DNA of 64,000 nt from Pirellulales bacterium (GCA_028066245.1 JALCBR010000008.1:10771-74770); one strand, 5' to 3'. Positions 1-9,421 are shown, counted from the stretch's first letter. The notes: generated by a model from the letters alone, not told the origin. Numbers and translations are program-made.

Positions 1-44
1 TCCACACAGGTTTGCGTTTCGTTTTCAAAAAGGAAAATAAAGAT

Positions 45-245
45 ATGGTCCGCTTGCGTTGGATACTCGCCCTCATCTTCGGTATGACAGCGTTTGGCTG
101 CGGCGAATCTGATCCCGTTGATACATCTCCCCCAGACGGGCCCCCTGGTATGATGGAAGGTGATCCCAAAAACGGTCCCGGAGGAGATCCCTCCCCCCCC
201 CCCGTCCCTGAAGAAGGAGGCTCGTCTCCCGGTTGGGGCCACTAG
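45..245 (+). CDS. small secreted Pro/Gly-rich protein, possible lipoprotein
   Basis: ATG at 45 is preceded by AAGGAAA. The N-terminus MVRLRWILALIFGMTAFGC looks like a signal peptide ending in Cys, followed by a P/G/D-rich tail. The ORF is short, so support is weak. Confidence 0.35.
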   Translation: MVRLRWILALIFGMTAFGCGESDPVDTSPPDGPPGMMEGDPKNGPGGDPSPPPVPEEGGSSPGWGH

Positions 246-302
246 CGGCGTCTCCAAGGTCTCCCCGGCAAGTTTGTTGCTGGTGGCGATCAACCGGAGT
301 CG

Positions 303-1649
303 CTAGCGCAATTGGCAGTCAAGTTTTGACTTCTGACGGAGTGAGCGGTTTTTTCTTCTCGTGGGGCGTGTTTGACTTCGTCCCGAGACAACCGCATAGG
401 TCACGGCGATTGTCAGCAACAGTCCGGCGAACGTTGAGAACACAATTGGCCAGGTTGGCAAGTCATAGCGGACGGCCATCTCATGCAGTGATCCGCCCAG
501 GGGGGCGCCGATCAGGTTGCCCAGGTCAAACATGGCCAAGATGAGGGCGACGCCGATGCCGCGATATCTCGCTGGAAAACGCATGCTGCCGGCGCCGGTC
601 ACGGACGGAAAAATCAACGCATGACAGAATCCAAAGAAAAAGCCAGGCAGCATGAAGTGCCAGCCGCGGGACACCAGCATTAAGCTCAGTGATCCAATGA
701 CAGCGCTGGCCAAACCGCTCAAGATCATCGGCCGTACGCCATAGATGGACGAAAAACGCCGCGTCATCAGCCGCACGGCAAACGCGGTTGGCGCATACGT
801 CCAGAAGAACCAGGCAAGCACGGTGATTCCCTGTTCTTCACCAAAAGGGCGGACAAACACGCCTGGCATCCCCAAGCCAATGCCAATCGCCAGGGCAACC
901 AGCAGCAGCACGCCTGGGTGAAATCTCATGATAACCGGGATGAGAGGCGGCAATTGCCGCTGCGGTGGTCGAACGGGGTTTGTCGTTGCCTGCCACGCGA
1001 AGAACGTTCCTGCCAGTGCCAATGCCGTGCAGAGCACGAACATTGCGTCCACATGAGATCGGGTGACGTATTCACCCCCGCTGACAAAATCTCCCAGCGC
1101 CGTTCCCAGCATGATGCCCACAAACCCGGACGAGCCCAACGAGCCGAGGACTTCAACAGTCCGCGCGGCGGGAACCTGGTAAGAGATGTAAGTGATCGAC
1201 GCGCCAAACGCTCCCGCCAAAGCCGTGCGAATTGCGATTTGCAGCAGATAGACGCTCGGGTCATGCAGTGACTGGATGGCGAGATGGCCAACACTGGCGG
1301 CGGCCAACAGCACCAGGCTCAACAGCCAAACTCGGCGAGGACCGAATCGATCAACGCCCAAGCCTTGTGCCAGTCGCATGCACAAGGCGCCGATCATGCC
1401 GACGCCGACGATATAGCCTAGGTCCGCTTCCGTCCCGCCAAGATGCGTCACGAAGTCTGAAAAGCGGAAGAGCAGTGCCATGACCGCCGTGGCGCACAGG
1501 TTGGCGCCAAACGCCATCCAAAATGACCGGCCATAAAGTGAGGGCTCGGTCGTTGCCGGGCTCAGTCGTTCTGGCGGCTGCAACGCTGGCCCAACTGGCT
1601 GTTCCGCTAACTCCTGGGTTGCCATCAATTCCTCAAACAACAACATCAC
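303..1649 (-). CDS. MFS transporter
   Basis: 448-aa ORF with about 12 hydrophobic helices. The loop GLGVDRFGPRRV matches MFS motif A (GxxxDRxGRR). Confidence 0.8.
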   Translation of the reverse strand: MMLLFEELMATQELAEQPVGPALQPPERLSPATTEPSLYGRSFWMAFGANLCATAVMALLFRFSDFVTHLGGTEADLGYIVGVGMIGALCMRLAQGLGVDRFGPRRVWLLSLVLLAAASVGHLAIQSLHDPSVYLLQIAIRTALAGAFGASITYISYQVPAARTVEVLGSLGSSGFVGIMLGTALGDFVSGGEYVTRSHVDAMFVLCTALALAGTFFAWQATTNPVRPPQRQLPPLIPVIMRFHPGVLLLVALAIGIGLGMPGVFVRPFGEEQGITVLAWFFWTYAPTAFAVRLMTRRFSSIYGVRPMILSGLASAVIGSLSLMLVSRGWHFMLPGFFFGFCHALIFPSVTGAGSMRFPARYRGIGVALILAMFDLGNLIGAPLGGSLHEMAVRYDLPTWPIVFSTFAGLLLTIAVTYAVVSGRSQTRPTRRKNRSLRQKSKLDCQLR

Positions 1650-1682
1650 GCCCTGGGCGTGCTTCTCAATTTACGAATGAAC

Positions 1683-1688
1683 ATTATA
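1683..1688 (-). promoter_or_regulatory. candidate -10 hexamer for the MFS gene
   Basis: The minus strand reads TATAAT about 33 nt upstream of the ATG at 1649. This is a hexamer match only, with no convincing -35. Confidence 0.25.
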
Positions 1689-2377
1689 GTCATGGCAATG
1701 GTTCACAATAGGCCGCCGAGCCTGCAAGTCGTGTTAAGAATAGATTTTCGGGCGGGCGGGACTGGATGGGACATTGCCCTGACCGGTGGTTTCCTGGCGA
1801 CTCAGAGTGGAATTTCCCAATCGTGCCATCGCGATTTGCTCGTCAGGCCGGCTTCACTCCTGGACCTGGTTCAGACTGAGAAATAGCTCTGCATTTCTTG
1901 CCGTGGCGATTCACGAGCGGTAACCGTGCGAAAAAGACGTGATCACGGCGCTTCGCAGCGGTGCAACGCCATCGAGTTCTACCGAATTGGCGTCGCGAAT
2001 CACCAAGCCGAGCAAGGGTTTTCCAGCCGAGCGCATGCGCGAGGGTTTCGCGCGACGGTGTCGTGAAATCAACAGGAAGAAAACCCACACCCGGCGCGAG
2101 ATCAGTGTGGCTGCATCCTTGGCCGCTGGGTGACCCGTCCGTGGCGCATTCCCGATCTGGGGTGACACGCAGAGGGGACAATCGGGGCTGCAAGCCTCGT
2201 CGCCGGGCATGGTGCGAACACGATCAGCCAGAATGGTTCTGGCCAAGATATTCGCAGGTCTTCCTCCGTGATTCGTGGGGGAGATGGCGAATCCGCTAGG
2301 GGGTCCGCCATGATGTCTCTGTTTGGTGTTCGTTAGTTCGCGCGTGTTTGCCGTTGCTCTACGCCCATCGCGGTGAA

Positions 2378-2896
2378 TCAATCAACAAGCCCGTCAAACA
2401 GTTTGCGGAACCGTGGCATGCGACGGTTGAGGTAATCAAGCCATGCGGCGGGTCGCCAGACTTCAACGCACACTGCGGCACCGACGATCATGCTCTCTTC
2501 GCCGGGTTCAATTTGCAGGAACTCGCGAAAACCCTCCGGGATTAACAATCGTCCGCGTTCGGAAACCTTCACGTCGCGATGCCGCGTGGAAAGCAGCCGT
2601 CCAATTTGCTGCACTTCATTCAAGCGGCCTTCCAAGCGTCCCGCCTGGACTTTTCCTTGAAGAACCCTGACATCTGCGTCCATCTGCTGATGCCACACGG
2701 TCGCATTCCATAAACTCAAACAGCCTGGGCGTTCTTTCGCCAGGATTGCTTGCCCAGCTTGCAAATTCAGCGGTTCCAGCAGTTCAGCGGGAATCCCGAC
2801 ACGAAACCGATCGTCGAACGATCGTCGAAACTCGCCAAAGAGCAATTCAGATTCCATGGGACGTGGGCAGTTCTCTGCGTCCGCTAGCGACTCCAT
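2378..2896 (-). CDS. mraZ: MraZ-family (AbrB/SpoVT-like) transcriptional regulator
   Basis: Two tandem half-domains carry MraZ-type motifs: FGEFRRSFDDRFRVGIPAEL and VKVSERGRLLIPEGFREFL. VEVWRPAAW resembles E. coli FELWDETTW. The likely true start is Met14 (2857). Confidence 0.7.
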   Translation of the reverse strand: MESLADAENCPRPMESELLFGEFRRSFDDRFRVGIPAELLEPLNLQAGQAILAKERPGCLSLWNATVWHQQMDADVRVLQGKVQAGRLEGRLNEVQQIGRLLSTRHRDVKVSERGRLLIPEGFREFLQIEPGEESMIVGAAVCVEVWRPAAWLDYLNRRMPRFRKLFDGLVD

Positions 2897-2945
2897 TCTC
2901 TAATTGGGTTGTTTTCCCCATATCCATGCATTGATTCATGAATAA

Positions 2946-2960
2946 TGGGACGAATTCCCA
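2946..2960. promoter_or_regulatory. inverted repeat TGGGA-N5-TCCCA in the mraZ-like / KAS divergent promoter region
   Basis: Perfect 5-5-5 inverted repeat in an AT-rich spacer. The 10-bp palindrome ATTCATGAAT lies at 2934-2943. TGGG-containing repeats are the known E. coli MraZ operator type. Function here is inferred. Confidence 0.3.
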
Positions 2961-3229
2961 AGAATCTAACGGTTCACTCTAGCATTGCAAGCACATTCTT
3001 AGTGCTTTTCTTTACGTGGGTCCACAAACGTCGGCGGTCTATCAGCCTTGCCTAAGCTTTCTTGATTGGAATGCGGAAAGGCGCGTATATTCTCGTCCCG
3101 TCTGTGTCAGCGAGCCCGGCGGAATCAAAATCCGCCGTTTCTGACCGCAACGGCGCCAATGTTGAAACAGCACAACGGTCGGCTCATGACGGCCAACTCC
3201 CCCCACCAGCCATCCCGTCGGAACCCGGC

Positions 3230-4504
3230 ATGACGAGATTCGCCATCGGGCATAAGACAGAGTTTGAACCGGTCGTCATCACCGGCATCGGGTTGGTGAC
3301 ATCAACTGGTTTGGATCGAGAGACGGCTTGGCAGGCGATCAAAGATGGCCGATCAGGTGTGCAACGGCTGCGCGGAGTGCCTGGAATTCCGGACGATTTC
3401 ATTCTGGGCGCAACAGTTGATGTGCCGACGGACTTTCCCGGCCAGCGCAAGGAGTTTCCCCTCGCGCGTAGGGCCGCGGAGGAAGCGATTACCGATGCTG
3501 GGATCGATCTGGCCAACTCTGATCGAGATCGATTCGGCTGCTCCATCAGTGGCGTGATGGGCGATACCTCGTATGTCAACCAAGTCTGTGGGCGAACTGA
3601 TCTGTTGCCTGATCCGCACATCAAGTGGTGGGAGCAGTGGTTGCCCAATTCCTGCTGTTGGAGCGTCGCCCAGCATTTTGGTTTCAACGGTCCACGAACC
3701 AGCCATAGCGTGGCCTGCGCAAGTGGACTCGTCGATGCGTTGGCCGCCGTGCGAAATATCCAGGACGGGCAGTGCGATGTGGCACTGACCGGGAGTTCTT
3801 TCGCCATTGATTCTCTGTTTGCTTCCGGCTTTCAGAAGATGCGTGTGCTGGCGGAACACGAGGACCCCGCCCAAGCGTCGCGTCCTTTCGACGCAGAACG
3901 AAGTGGATTTGTGATGGGCGAAGGTGCGGCGATGTTCATTGTCGAACGTCTCTCACATGCGGTCGCGCGCGGCGCCAAGATCTACTCGGAGATCGCTGCC
4001 GCTAAGATGCAGGGCGATGCGCATCATGTGACCGGGCTCGATCAAAACTCCGAGAGTTTGTCCTACCTGATCTCTTCAACGTTGCGGCAAGCGCGGCTGA
4101 GGCCGGCTGATATCGGCTATATCAACGCGCATGGGACGGGGACGCAACAGAATGATGCCGTGGAAACGCGGGCGATCCGTGACGCTCTGGGGACTGCGGC
4201 CAACCAGGTTTGCGTTAGCTCGACCAAATCCATGATCGGTCACCTTGTTTGTGCTGCCGGGAGTGTCGAGCTAGCCATTACGGCGCTGGCTTTGCGGGAT
4301 GGCTTTTTCCCTCCGACCATCAATTTGACGTCGCCAGACCCTGCGTGCGATCTTGATTATTTACCGTTGGTTGGTCGTCGGGGTGCGTACGAGCACGCGC
4401 TGAAGATCTCCGTTGCTTTCGGCGGACATCTGGTTGCTTTCGCACTGCGGCGCTGGGACGAGGCAGACTCCGGCTTTTTGGTGTCGGATGTTTCCGCGGC
4501 CTGA
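3230..4504 (+). CDS. beta-ketoacyl-ACP synthase I/II family (KAS, Cys-His-His type)
   Basis: VVITGIGLVTSTG is the N-terminal motif. The active-site Cys is in HSVACASG and the His residues are in NAHGTGT and KSMIGHLVCAAG. The ORF is open from 3062, but Met57 (3230) gives a canonical N-terminus. Confidence 0.8.
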   Translation: MTRFAIGHKTEFEPVVITGIGLVTSTGLDRETAWQAIKDGRSGVQRLRGVPGIPDDFILGATVDVPTDFPGQRKEFPLARRAAEEAITDAGIDLANSDRDRFGCSISGVMGDTSYVNQVCGRTDLLPDPHIKWWEQWLPNSCCWSVAQHFGFNGPRTSHSVACASGLVDALAAVRNIQDGQCDVALTGSSFAIDSLFASGFQKMRVLAEHEDPAQASRPFDAERSGFVMGEGAAMFIVERLSHAVARGAKIYSEIAAAKMQGDAHHVTGLDQNSESLSYLISSTLRQARLRPADIGYINAHGTGTQQNDAVETRAIRDALGTAANQVCVSSTKSMIGHLVCAAGSVELAITALALRDGFFPPTINLTSPDPACDLDYLPLVGRRGAYEHALKISVAFGGHLVAFALRRWDEADSGFLVSDVSAA

Positions 4505-4600
4505 GGCTTCGCGATCTGCGACACCAGCATCCTGGCAGTTTGAGTTGGTGTCGAAATTGGTGGATCGCGCGTCTGTCTTGCCGGCTATAATTCCTCTTGC

Positions 4601-5371
4601 ATGAGCGACACCCACAGATCAGCACCTGACGCATCCGCAAGCGAACGCGAATCGAGCGCCGCGCCAGGTTGCAATTCGGGCGATTGCTGCCAGACAGATC
4701 CCACGGCAGGCACAATTTCTCAGCACGCTGACAGCGGCGATGAGAACTCGCGCGACGTCCGTCCTACGTTTTCGCTCGTAGGCATGCTCTTGTTGCTAGC
4801 ATCGATCGTTGGGATGTTCGCCATTCTCCAGGTGGCCAGCATGCCAGAGATGGAACGCTGGGTGATCTTCACCACCGGCTTTCTGCTGCTTTCCGGCTGG
4901 TGGGTGATTTCTGTCGGCTCGTCCCATCGGAGACAGCAACCGGCGATGTGCTCATCCGCCAGCCCGGAAACTCTCTCGGGACGACAGCAGCGAGAACAGT
5001 TTTCGGCGTCGATACGCGAATTTGCAGCGCATGTCGACTGCTCGCCGGAAGGTGCCCACTTTCTCTCGGATGCGATTTTTTTCTCTCCCAATTACTTCGA
5101 TGAAGACACTGCGCCTGACGAGCCAGGCGAAACAGTCACGCAGGAAAAGGAACTGACGTCACAGCGGGTGTTGACGGCGGTGGTCCGGTATGCGCGGGAG
5201 TGCTTTGGAGATCAGGCGGAGATCCGGATGGGCGAATGGGGGTTCGACAGCCGCGAAAAACTCCAGTTCGTGATTGAGGAATTGGCCACTCGGGGTCTGG
5301 CACATTTGGGCACGCGTGGCTACACGCTCGCTTTCGGCAAAGAGGCACCGCTCCAGTCGGATCGCCACTGA
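4601..5371 (+). CDS. hypothetical membrane protein
   Basis: 256-aa ORF with two hydrophobic helices (FSLVGMLLLLASIVGMFAILQV and WVIFTTGFLLLSGWWVISV). I recognise no family. Confidence 0.5.
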   Translation: MSDTHRSAPDASASERESSAAPGCNSGDCCQTDPTAGTISQHADSGDENSRDVRPTFSLVGMLLLLASIVGMFAILQVASMPEMERWVIFTTGFLLLSGWWVISVGSSHRRQQPAMCSSASPETLSGRQQREQFSASIREFAAHVDCSPEGAHFLSDAIFFSPNYFDEDTAPDEPGETVTQEKELTSQRVLTAVVRYARECFGDQAEIRMGEWGFDSREKLQFVIEELATRGLAHLGTRGYTLAFGKEAPLQSDRH

Positions 5372-5472
5372 CAGGTCGCTCTCTGCGGAAAAGGCGACAA
5401 GGTGAAAAATCTTTCGTCTTGTTGGCGTGATGGGGCGTGTAACGGGTCAGAAGGCAGGCTGATTGGGCTCGT

Positions 5473-6090
5473 TTGATGCTGATGGCTGTTTCTGATCACG
5501 AGTTGATGCGCCGCCTGAAATCAGGCGATGGAGCCGCGTTTGATGACCTGGTCCGGCGGTGGCAAGCTCCTCTGTGCCGAATCTTGGCCAAACTGGCAAA
5601 TCGGCAGCAGTCCGGAGACATCACCGGTGGCGACCTTTCTGATCGCGATGATCTGGTTCAAGAAGTGTTTCTTCGCGTGTTTCAGGCGCGGGACCGATAT
5701 CGCCCTGCCGCGGAGTTTTCGACTTGGCTCTATCGGATTGCTTTGAATGTGGCGCGCGATGCCAGTCGTCGGCAACGCCGTCGTCCTGCAGTTTCATTCC
5801 ATGGCAAGGAAACATTCACAGCCGGCAATGCAGGGAAAAACGGCGCACCCGAAGAGAGTGCCCTTCACGGTGAGCGGCGCAACTTGATCTCGGCTGCTTT
5901 GCAAGAGCTGCCCGACAAACTGCGAGAGCCTCTGATTTTGCGTCACTTTGCCGATCTCAGCTTTCCACAGATTGCGGTCGTCCTCAAAACGCCCTGCACC
6001 ACCATTAAGTCGCGAGTTCATCTGGCGCTCAAACAGTTGGAAGCTGCACTCCGCCGCCAAGGCATCGACGAATCGGAATGGGAATCATGA
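5473..6090 (+). CDS. ECF-type RNA polymerase sigma factor
   Basis: Region 2 is DLVQEVFLRVFQARDRYRPAAEFSTWLYRIALNVARD. Region 4 is LPDKLREPLILRHFADLSFPQIAVVLKTPCTTIKSRV. Confidence 0.85.
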   Translation: MMLMAVSDHELMRRLKSGDGAAFDDLVRRWQAPLCRILAKLANRQQSGDITGGDLSDRDDLVQEVFLRVFQARDRYRPAAEFSTWLYRIALNVARDASRRQRRRPAVSFHGKETFTAGNAGKNGAPEESALHGERRNLISAALQELPDKLREPLILRHFADLSFPQIAVVLKTPCTTIKSRVHLALKQLEAALRRQGIDESEWES

Positions 6091-6797
6091 ATTGCGAACA
6101 AGCACGAGAACATCTCATCGAACGGCTCTACTCGGAAGAGCTTGCCACGGAAATATCGGCGAAGCTTGACGATCATCTGCGCAACTGCGCGGCATGTCAG
6201 GCGGAGGCCAGACGGCTCGAAGCTGGGCATCGGGCATTGAACATGCTTGACGGAGAAGAAGGTCCACTACATCTGATCTCGATCAACGACATCATTCAAC
6301 ATGATCGTCGTCGTACGGATCGGTCGCGGCGGCGGTGGAGGTCGGTGGGGGTTGTCGCAACGGCAGCGTGCCTGCTGGTGACAGTGGCCCTGTTGTTCGG
6401 GTTGCGGACAACCTGGGGCGATAATGGCGTGGTTTTTTCATGGGGAGAAGAGAACGGACGATCAGATCAAGCCCCAGAAAAAGCCGCCGCTCCCACCAAA
6501 TCTGCATACACCCAAGCGACCGAGCAACAACTCGCTCAACAGCAAGAACAGATTAACAACTTGCAGGCTGCGATCGCCTCTCTCAGTGAGAAGTTGGAGT
6601 CACAAATGGGTGCGAACCAAGAGCTGGCAACCGCTGTGCAACGACACATCGTTGCTCTGCGAATGCAGGTCGAACGGAGTGATTTTCGAATTTCCATGCT
6701 CAAAGCAAATATGCGCGATTTGGGCAACGTCTTGGCGCGGTTTACGGCCGTGGCGGGGCCGCCGGTCGCGCCAACTTCAACCCCGGGAGAAGAATGA
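6087..6797 (+). CDS. zf-HC2 anti-sigma factor, single-pass, with coiled-coil C-terminus
   Basis: The start forms an ATGA overlap with the sigma gene stop. It has the HLRNCAACQ (H-x3-C-x2-C) motif, the TM helix VGVVATAACLLVTVALLFGL, and a Q/L-rich heptad region. Confidence 0.75.
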   Translation: MNCEQAREHLIERLYSEELATEISAKLDDHLRNCAACQAEARRLEAGHRALNMLDGEEGPLHLISINDIIQHDRRRTDRSRRRWRSVGVVATAACLLVTVALLFGLRTTWGDNGVVFSWGEENGRSDQAPEKAAAPTKSAYTQATEQQLAQQQEQINNLQAAIASLSEKLESQMGANQELATAVQRHIVALRMQVERSDFRISMLKANMRDLGNVLARFTAVAGPPVAPTSTPGEE

Positions 6798-7825
6798 TGA
6801 ACTGGCTAGGTAACGGATGGATTCGATGTCAGCTGGGGGGATTCATTGTGTTGTGCTTGCCAATGCTGGCGGCCGCGCAGGATGAACCTGATCGGGATAA
6901 TGAACTGAGCGAGGATTTGCGCGTAATGTCAGCGCTGGTCGATGAGACCGTTCTCGGTTTCTACCAGAAATTGGGCGCCGCGAATTGCATGGCCTGCCAT
7001 GCAGGCAACTTCAACGCCACTGAACTGTGGCGTTCGCAGACCGTTTGGTCGGCGAATGGGCAATTTCACGACGCGCTGTCCCAGTGGCATTTCGGCGCCG
7101 CGCCGACAAAGTCAAAGTCGACGTATATCCCTGGCATGGGCGCTGTGGTTCAATTGACCGCGCCGGATTTTCCTGATGCTGCGAACGTCAACCTGCAGGC
7201 GGATGTGCATGCAGAGAATCTTTCTCGCTGGGAAAAGATGCGACGGCAACTGGCGGGGGAGAGGACTGATAAAGTTGTTGATCTCTCTGTTGAGCTCTCG
7301 GTTGATATCACCTCCGTGCACTTCTCCCGTAACGATTTGGTTGACGAACTAGCCGAACTCTTGGCCGAAAGCGGACATAATTTCCGGCACCTTGCTGCTG
7401 AGGAGCGGATCGCGGTTTCCGTGACCTTCGAAAAAGGCGCCTATGATTGGCATCATTGGGGGGACGGGACCAAGCCTGCGAGTAACGTTTGGGGGGCTGC
7501 CAATATCTTTTATGGCACGGGCGAGTCCGCCGCTGCAAGTGGTAGCGAAGGCGCGGCCGGTCAAGGGGCTGTTGCCGGCGGCGAGGGGAGCTCAAGCGCT
7601 CAAGCCAGTGGAGACGACGTCCCGTTCTTGAGCAATGTCCCGCTCTTGGGCGAGCTGTTCCGAGGAGGCAAGCGGCCGTTGCCGGTCCGGCTGATCGTTT
7701 CCGCGACCAAAGCTCAGGTTGATGCCGTGGCTTCCGGGACCCTCTCCGCAGAAGATTTCCGCAAGCAGGTGAACGTGCATCTCATCGACCCAAAAGCTAA
7801 GCTGAACACGAACTGGTCGCCGTGA
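6794..7825 (+). CDS. secreted protein with one CXXCH motif and a secretin-like C-terminal motif
   Basis: The start forms an ATGA overlap with the anti-sigma stop. The signal peptide is FIVLCLPMLAAAQD. It contains CMACH. The C-terminal VPFLSNVPLLGELFRGG...RLIVSAT resembles the vPlLgdiPllGxLF...lifitP end of secretin domains. Confidence 0.6.
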   Translation: MMNWLGNGWIRCQLGGFIVLCLPMLAAAQDEPDRDNELSEDLRVMSALVDETVLGFYQKLGAANCMACHAGNFNATELWRSQTVWSANGQFHDALSQWHFGAAPTKSKSTYIPGMGAVVQLTAPDFPDAANVNLQADVHAENLSRWEKMRRQLAGERTDKVVDLSVELSVDITSVHFSRNDLVDELAELLAESGHNFRHLAAEERIAVSVTFEKGAYDWHHWGDGTKPASNVWGAANIFYGTGESAAASGSEGAAGQGAVAGGEGSSSAQASGDDVPFLSNVPLLGELFRGGKRPLPVRLIVSATKAQVDAVASGTLSAEDFRKQVNVHLIDPKAKLNTNWSP

Positions 7826-7854
7826 GGCCCAATGAAACCACACAGGTGAAATTA

Positions 7855-7897
7855 AACAGGGCTCAAACACCGTTGTGCTTGAGCCCTGTTGTTTTTG
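7855..7897 (+). terminator. rho-independent terminator
   Basis: A perfect 12-bp stem, AACAGGGCTCAA / TTGAGCCCTGTT, with a 12-nt loop, followed by GTTTTT. It lies 30 nt after the stop at 7825. Confidence 0.75.
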
Positions 7898-7974
7898 GGG
7901 TCAATGCCCTGGGGCAATGAAACTACGACGCGACAAAACTACGTTGCGGAACTCACCAACGTGTGCGCCACAAT

Positions 7975-8979
7975 CTACTCGCCAGGCGTTGCGGAAGACA
8001 TGTTCCAAGCTTTGATCCACTCCTGTTTTTCCACCTTGAGATTAAAGTCTTTCATCAGGCGGGATTCCATATCTCGGAAGTGGCCGGCTCCATAAAAGAT
8101 CCCTAGCTTGGTCTTGCCCTGGTCAATCTGTTCTTGCAAAACTTTCAGCGCCACCTGGTTTCGCTCCGTGATGATGGTGGAACCTTCCGGGCCTTCAAAC
8201 AAGGCCATGGACATTTCCATGTCTTCAAACGTTGGCGAAATGACTTGCTTGAGCTTGGTCTTGTCGCCTGAGAGCATGGCCATGATCAGGTCAAAATCAT
8301 TGGGGCCGGACTTTCCCTCGGCGGCTAATCGTTGCTGTTGAGCCATGGCCTGTCCCATGGCTTTGAAGAACATCTTGATGAAGCTTTCGCCTCGCTCTTC
8401 CATCGACTTGAGAAACTCATCCCCCGACATATCTGCGTGGACGAAGTTCTCCGCGCTGTAATCAATGTTGGCCAACTGGTCGCTCAAGCCCAGGTAGCGG
8501 GCGATGACGCCGTACATGCTTTCTTGGTCTTGGCCGGGCCGAGCGCCACGAGGAGCGACAAGCTCGTACAACAGTGCATCGTAGTTTTTGAACCGTTTGC
8601 TCAGTTCTTGGTAATACGACTTGTCACCGATGTGGATGGCGCCCAACAGGTCGACGCGAATCTCTTGGCCCTGCTTGTTCTTGCCGACATACGTCGTGAT
8701 TGCCGTGTCCAGGCTGGCGGGAGTGCCGTTTTTATCTCGCACCAAGCGAACAAACGCTGTGGACTTTTTTTCCTGTTCGGCCTTTGCCAACTGAGCTGTG
8801 GCGGTGTCCTGACTGGCTTGAGCGGTTGCAGTCGCTTTTTGCTGGTCACGCTGCTGCGCTTGTGTGGCGTCTTGCCTCTGTGGGGTTGGCTGCGCATACA
8901 AGTCTGAAGCCATGCCGGCGCTGGACAGCGTCAGCAGGCAAGTCGCAAGAGAAAGCCAAGTAGTACGGGCACGAGACAT
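7975..8979 (-). CDS. TraB/GumN family protein, secreted
   Basis: LLGAIHIGDKSYY and the C-terminal ERNQVALKVL...IFYGAGHFRDME match TraB/GumN signatures. The start at 8979 (MSRARTTWLSLATCLL signal peptide) is preceded by AGAGG. The ORF is open to 9165. Confidence 0.65.
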   Translation of the reverse strand: MSRARTTWLSLATCLLTLSSAGMASDLYAQPTPQRQDATQAQQRDQQKATATAQASQDTATAQLAKAEQEKKSTAFVRLVRDKNGTPASLDTAITTYVGKNKQGQEIRVDLLGAIHIGDKSYYQELSKRFKNYDALLYELVAPRGARPGQDQESMYGVIARYLGLSDQLANIDYSAENFVHADMSGDEFLKSMEERGESFIKMFFKAMGQAMAQQQRLAAEGKSGPNDFDLIMAMLSGDKTKLKQVISPTFEDMEMSMALFEGPEGSTIITERNQVALKVLQEQIDQGKTKLGIFYGAGHFRDMESRLMKDFNLKVEKQEWIKAWNMSSATPGE

Positions 8980-9421
8980 CAGCGACCTCTGCAAATGCTG
9001 GGGCAAACTGGAGGATTCGTAATAAATGCCGGCGGAAACCGTGACGCGTTCTCTGCTGCGCGATGTTTCTTGACGGCAGTTGCTTACGTTGAATCTGGAG
9101 GTGACGGTTCGTTGAGGTTCAATCGGATCTTGGCCGAACTTTCCTGGCTGGTGAACCGAGATCAATCAAGTATAGGCCTGGCCAACTGGCGATACAATCA
9201 AACCAACCGCTGCAACCAGTCGCAGAACACCAAGTCCAACAGGCAACAACGCGCGGCAACTTAACGGATGACGCGATGGCCGGGCTCTCCAAACCTTACC
9301 CCAACAAACCGAGCTGCGTTTCAAACGCCGGTAGTCAACTGCTGAAATCTCCACGGTCCGGTGGACAGTTGCACGAAATGTTGCCAGGAACGATGACCGG
9401 CTGCCGGGAATTCAGTTGCTG

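Noticed and set aside
1911-2381. 156-aa minus-strand ORF directly downstream of the mraZ-like gene; tested as a possible rsmH
   Set aside because: There is no SAM-methyltransferase or RsmH motif. The product is Arg/Pro/Gly-rich and overlaps equally poor ORFs in other frames.
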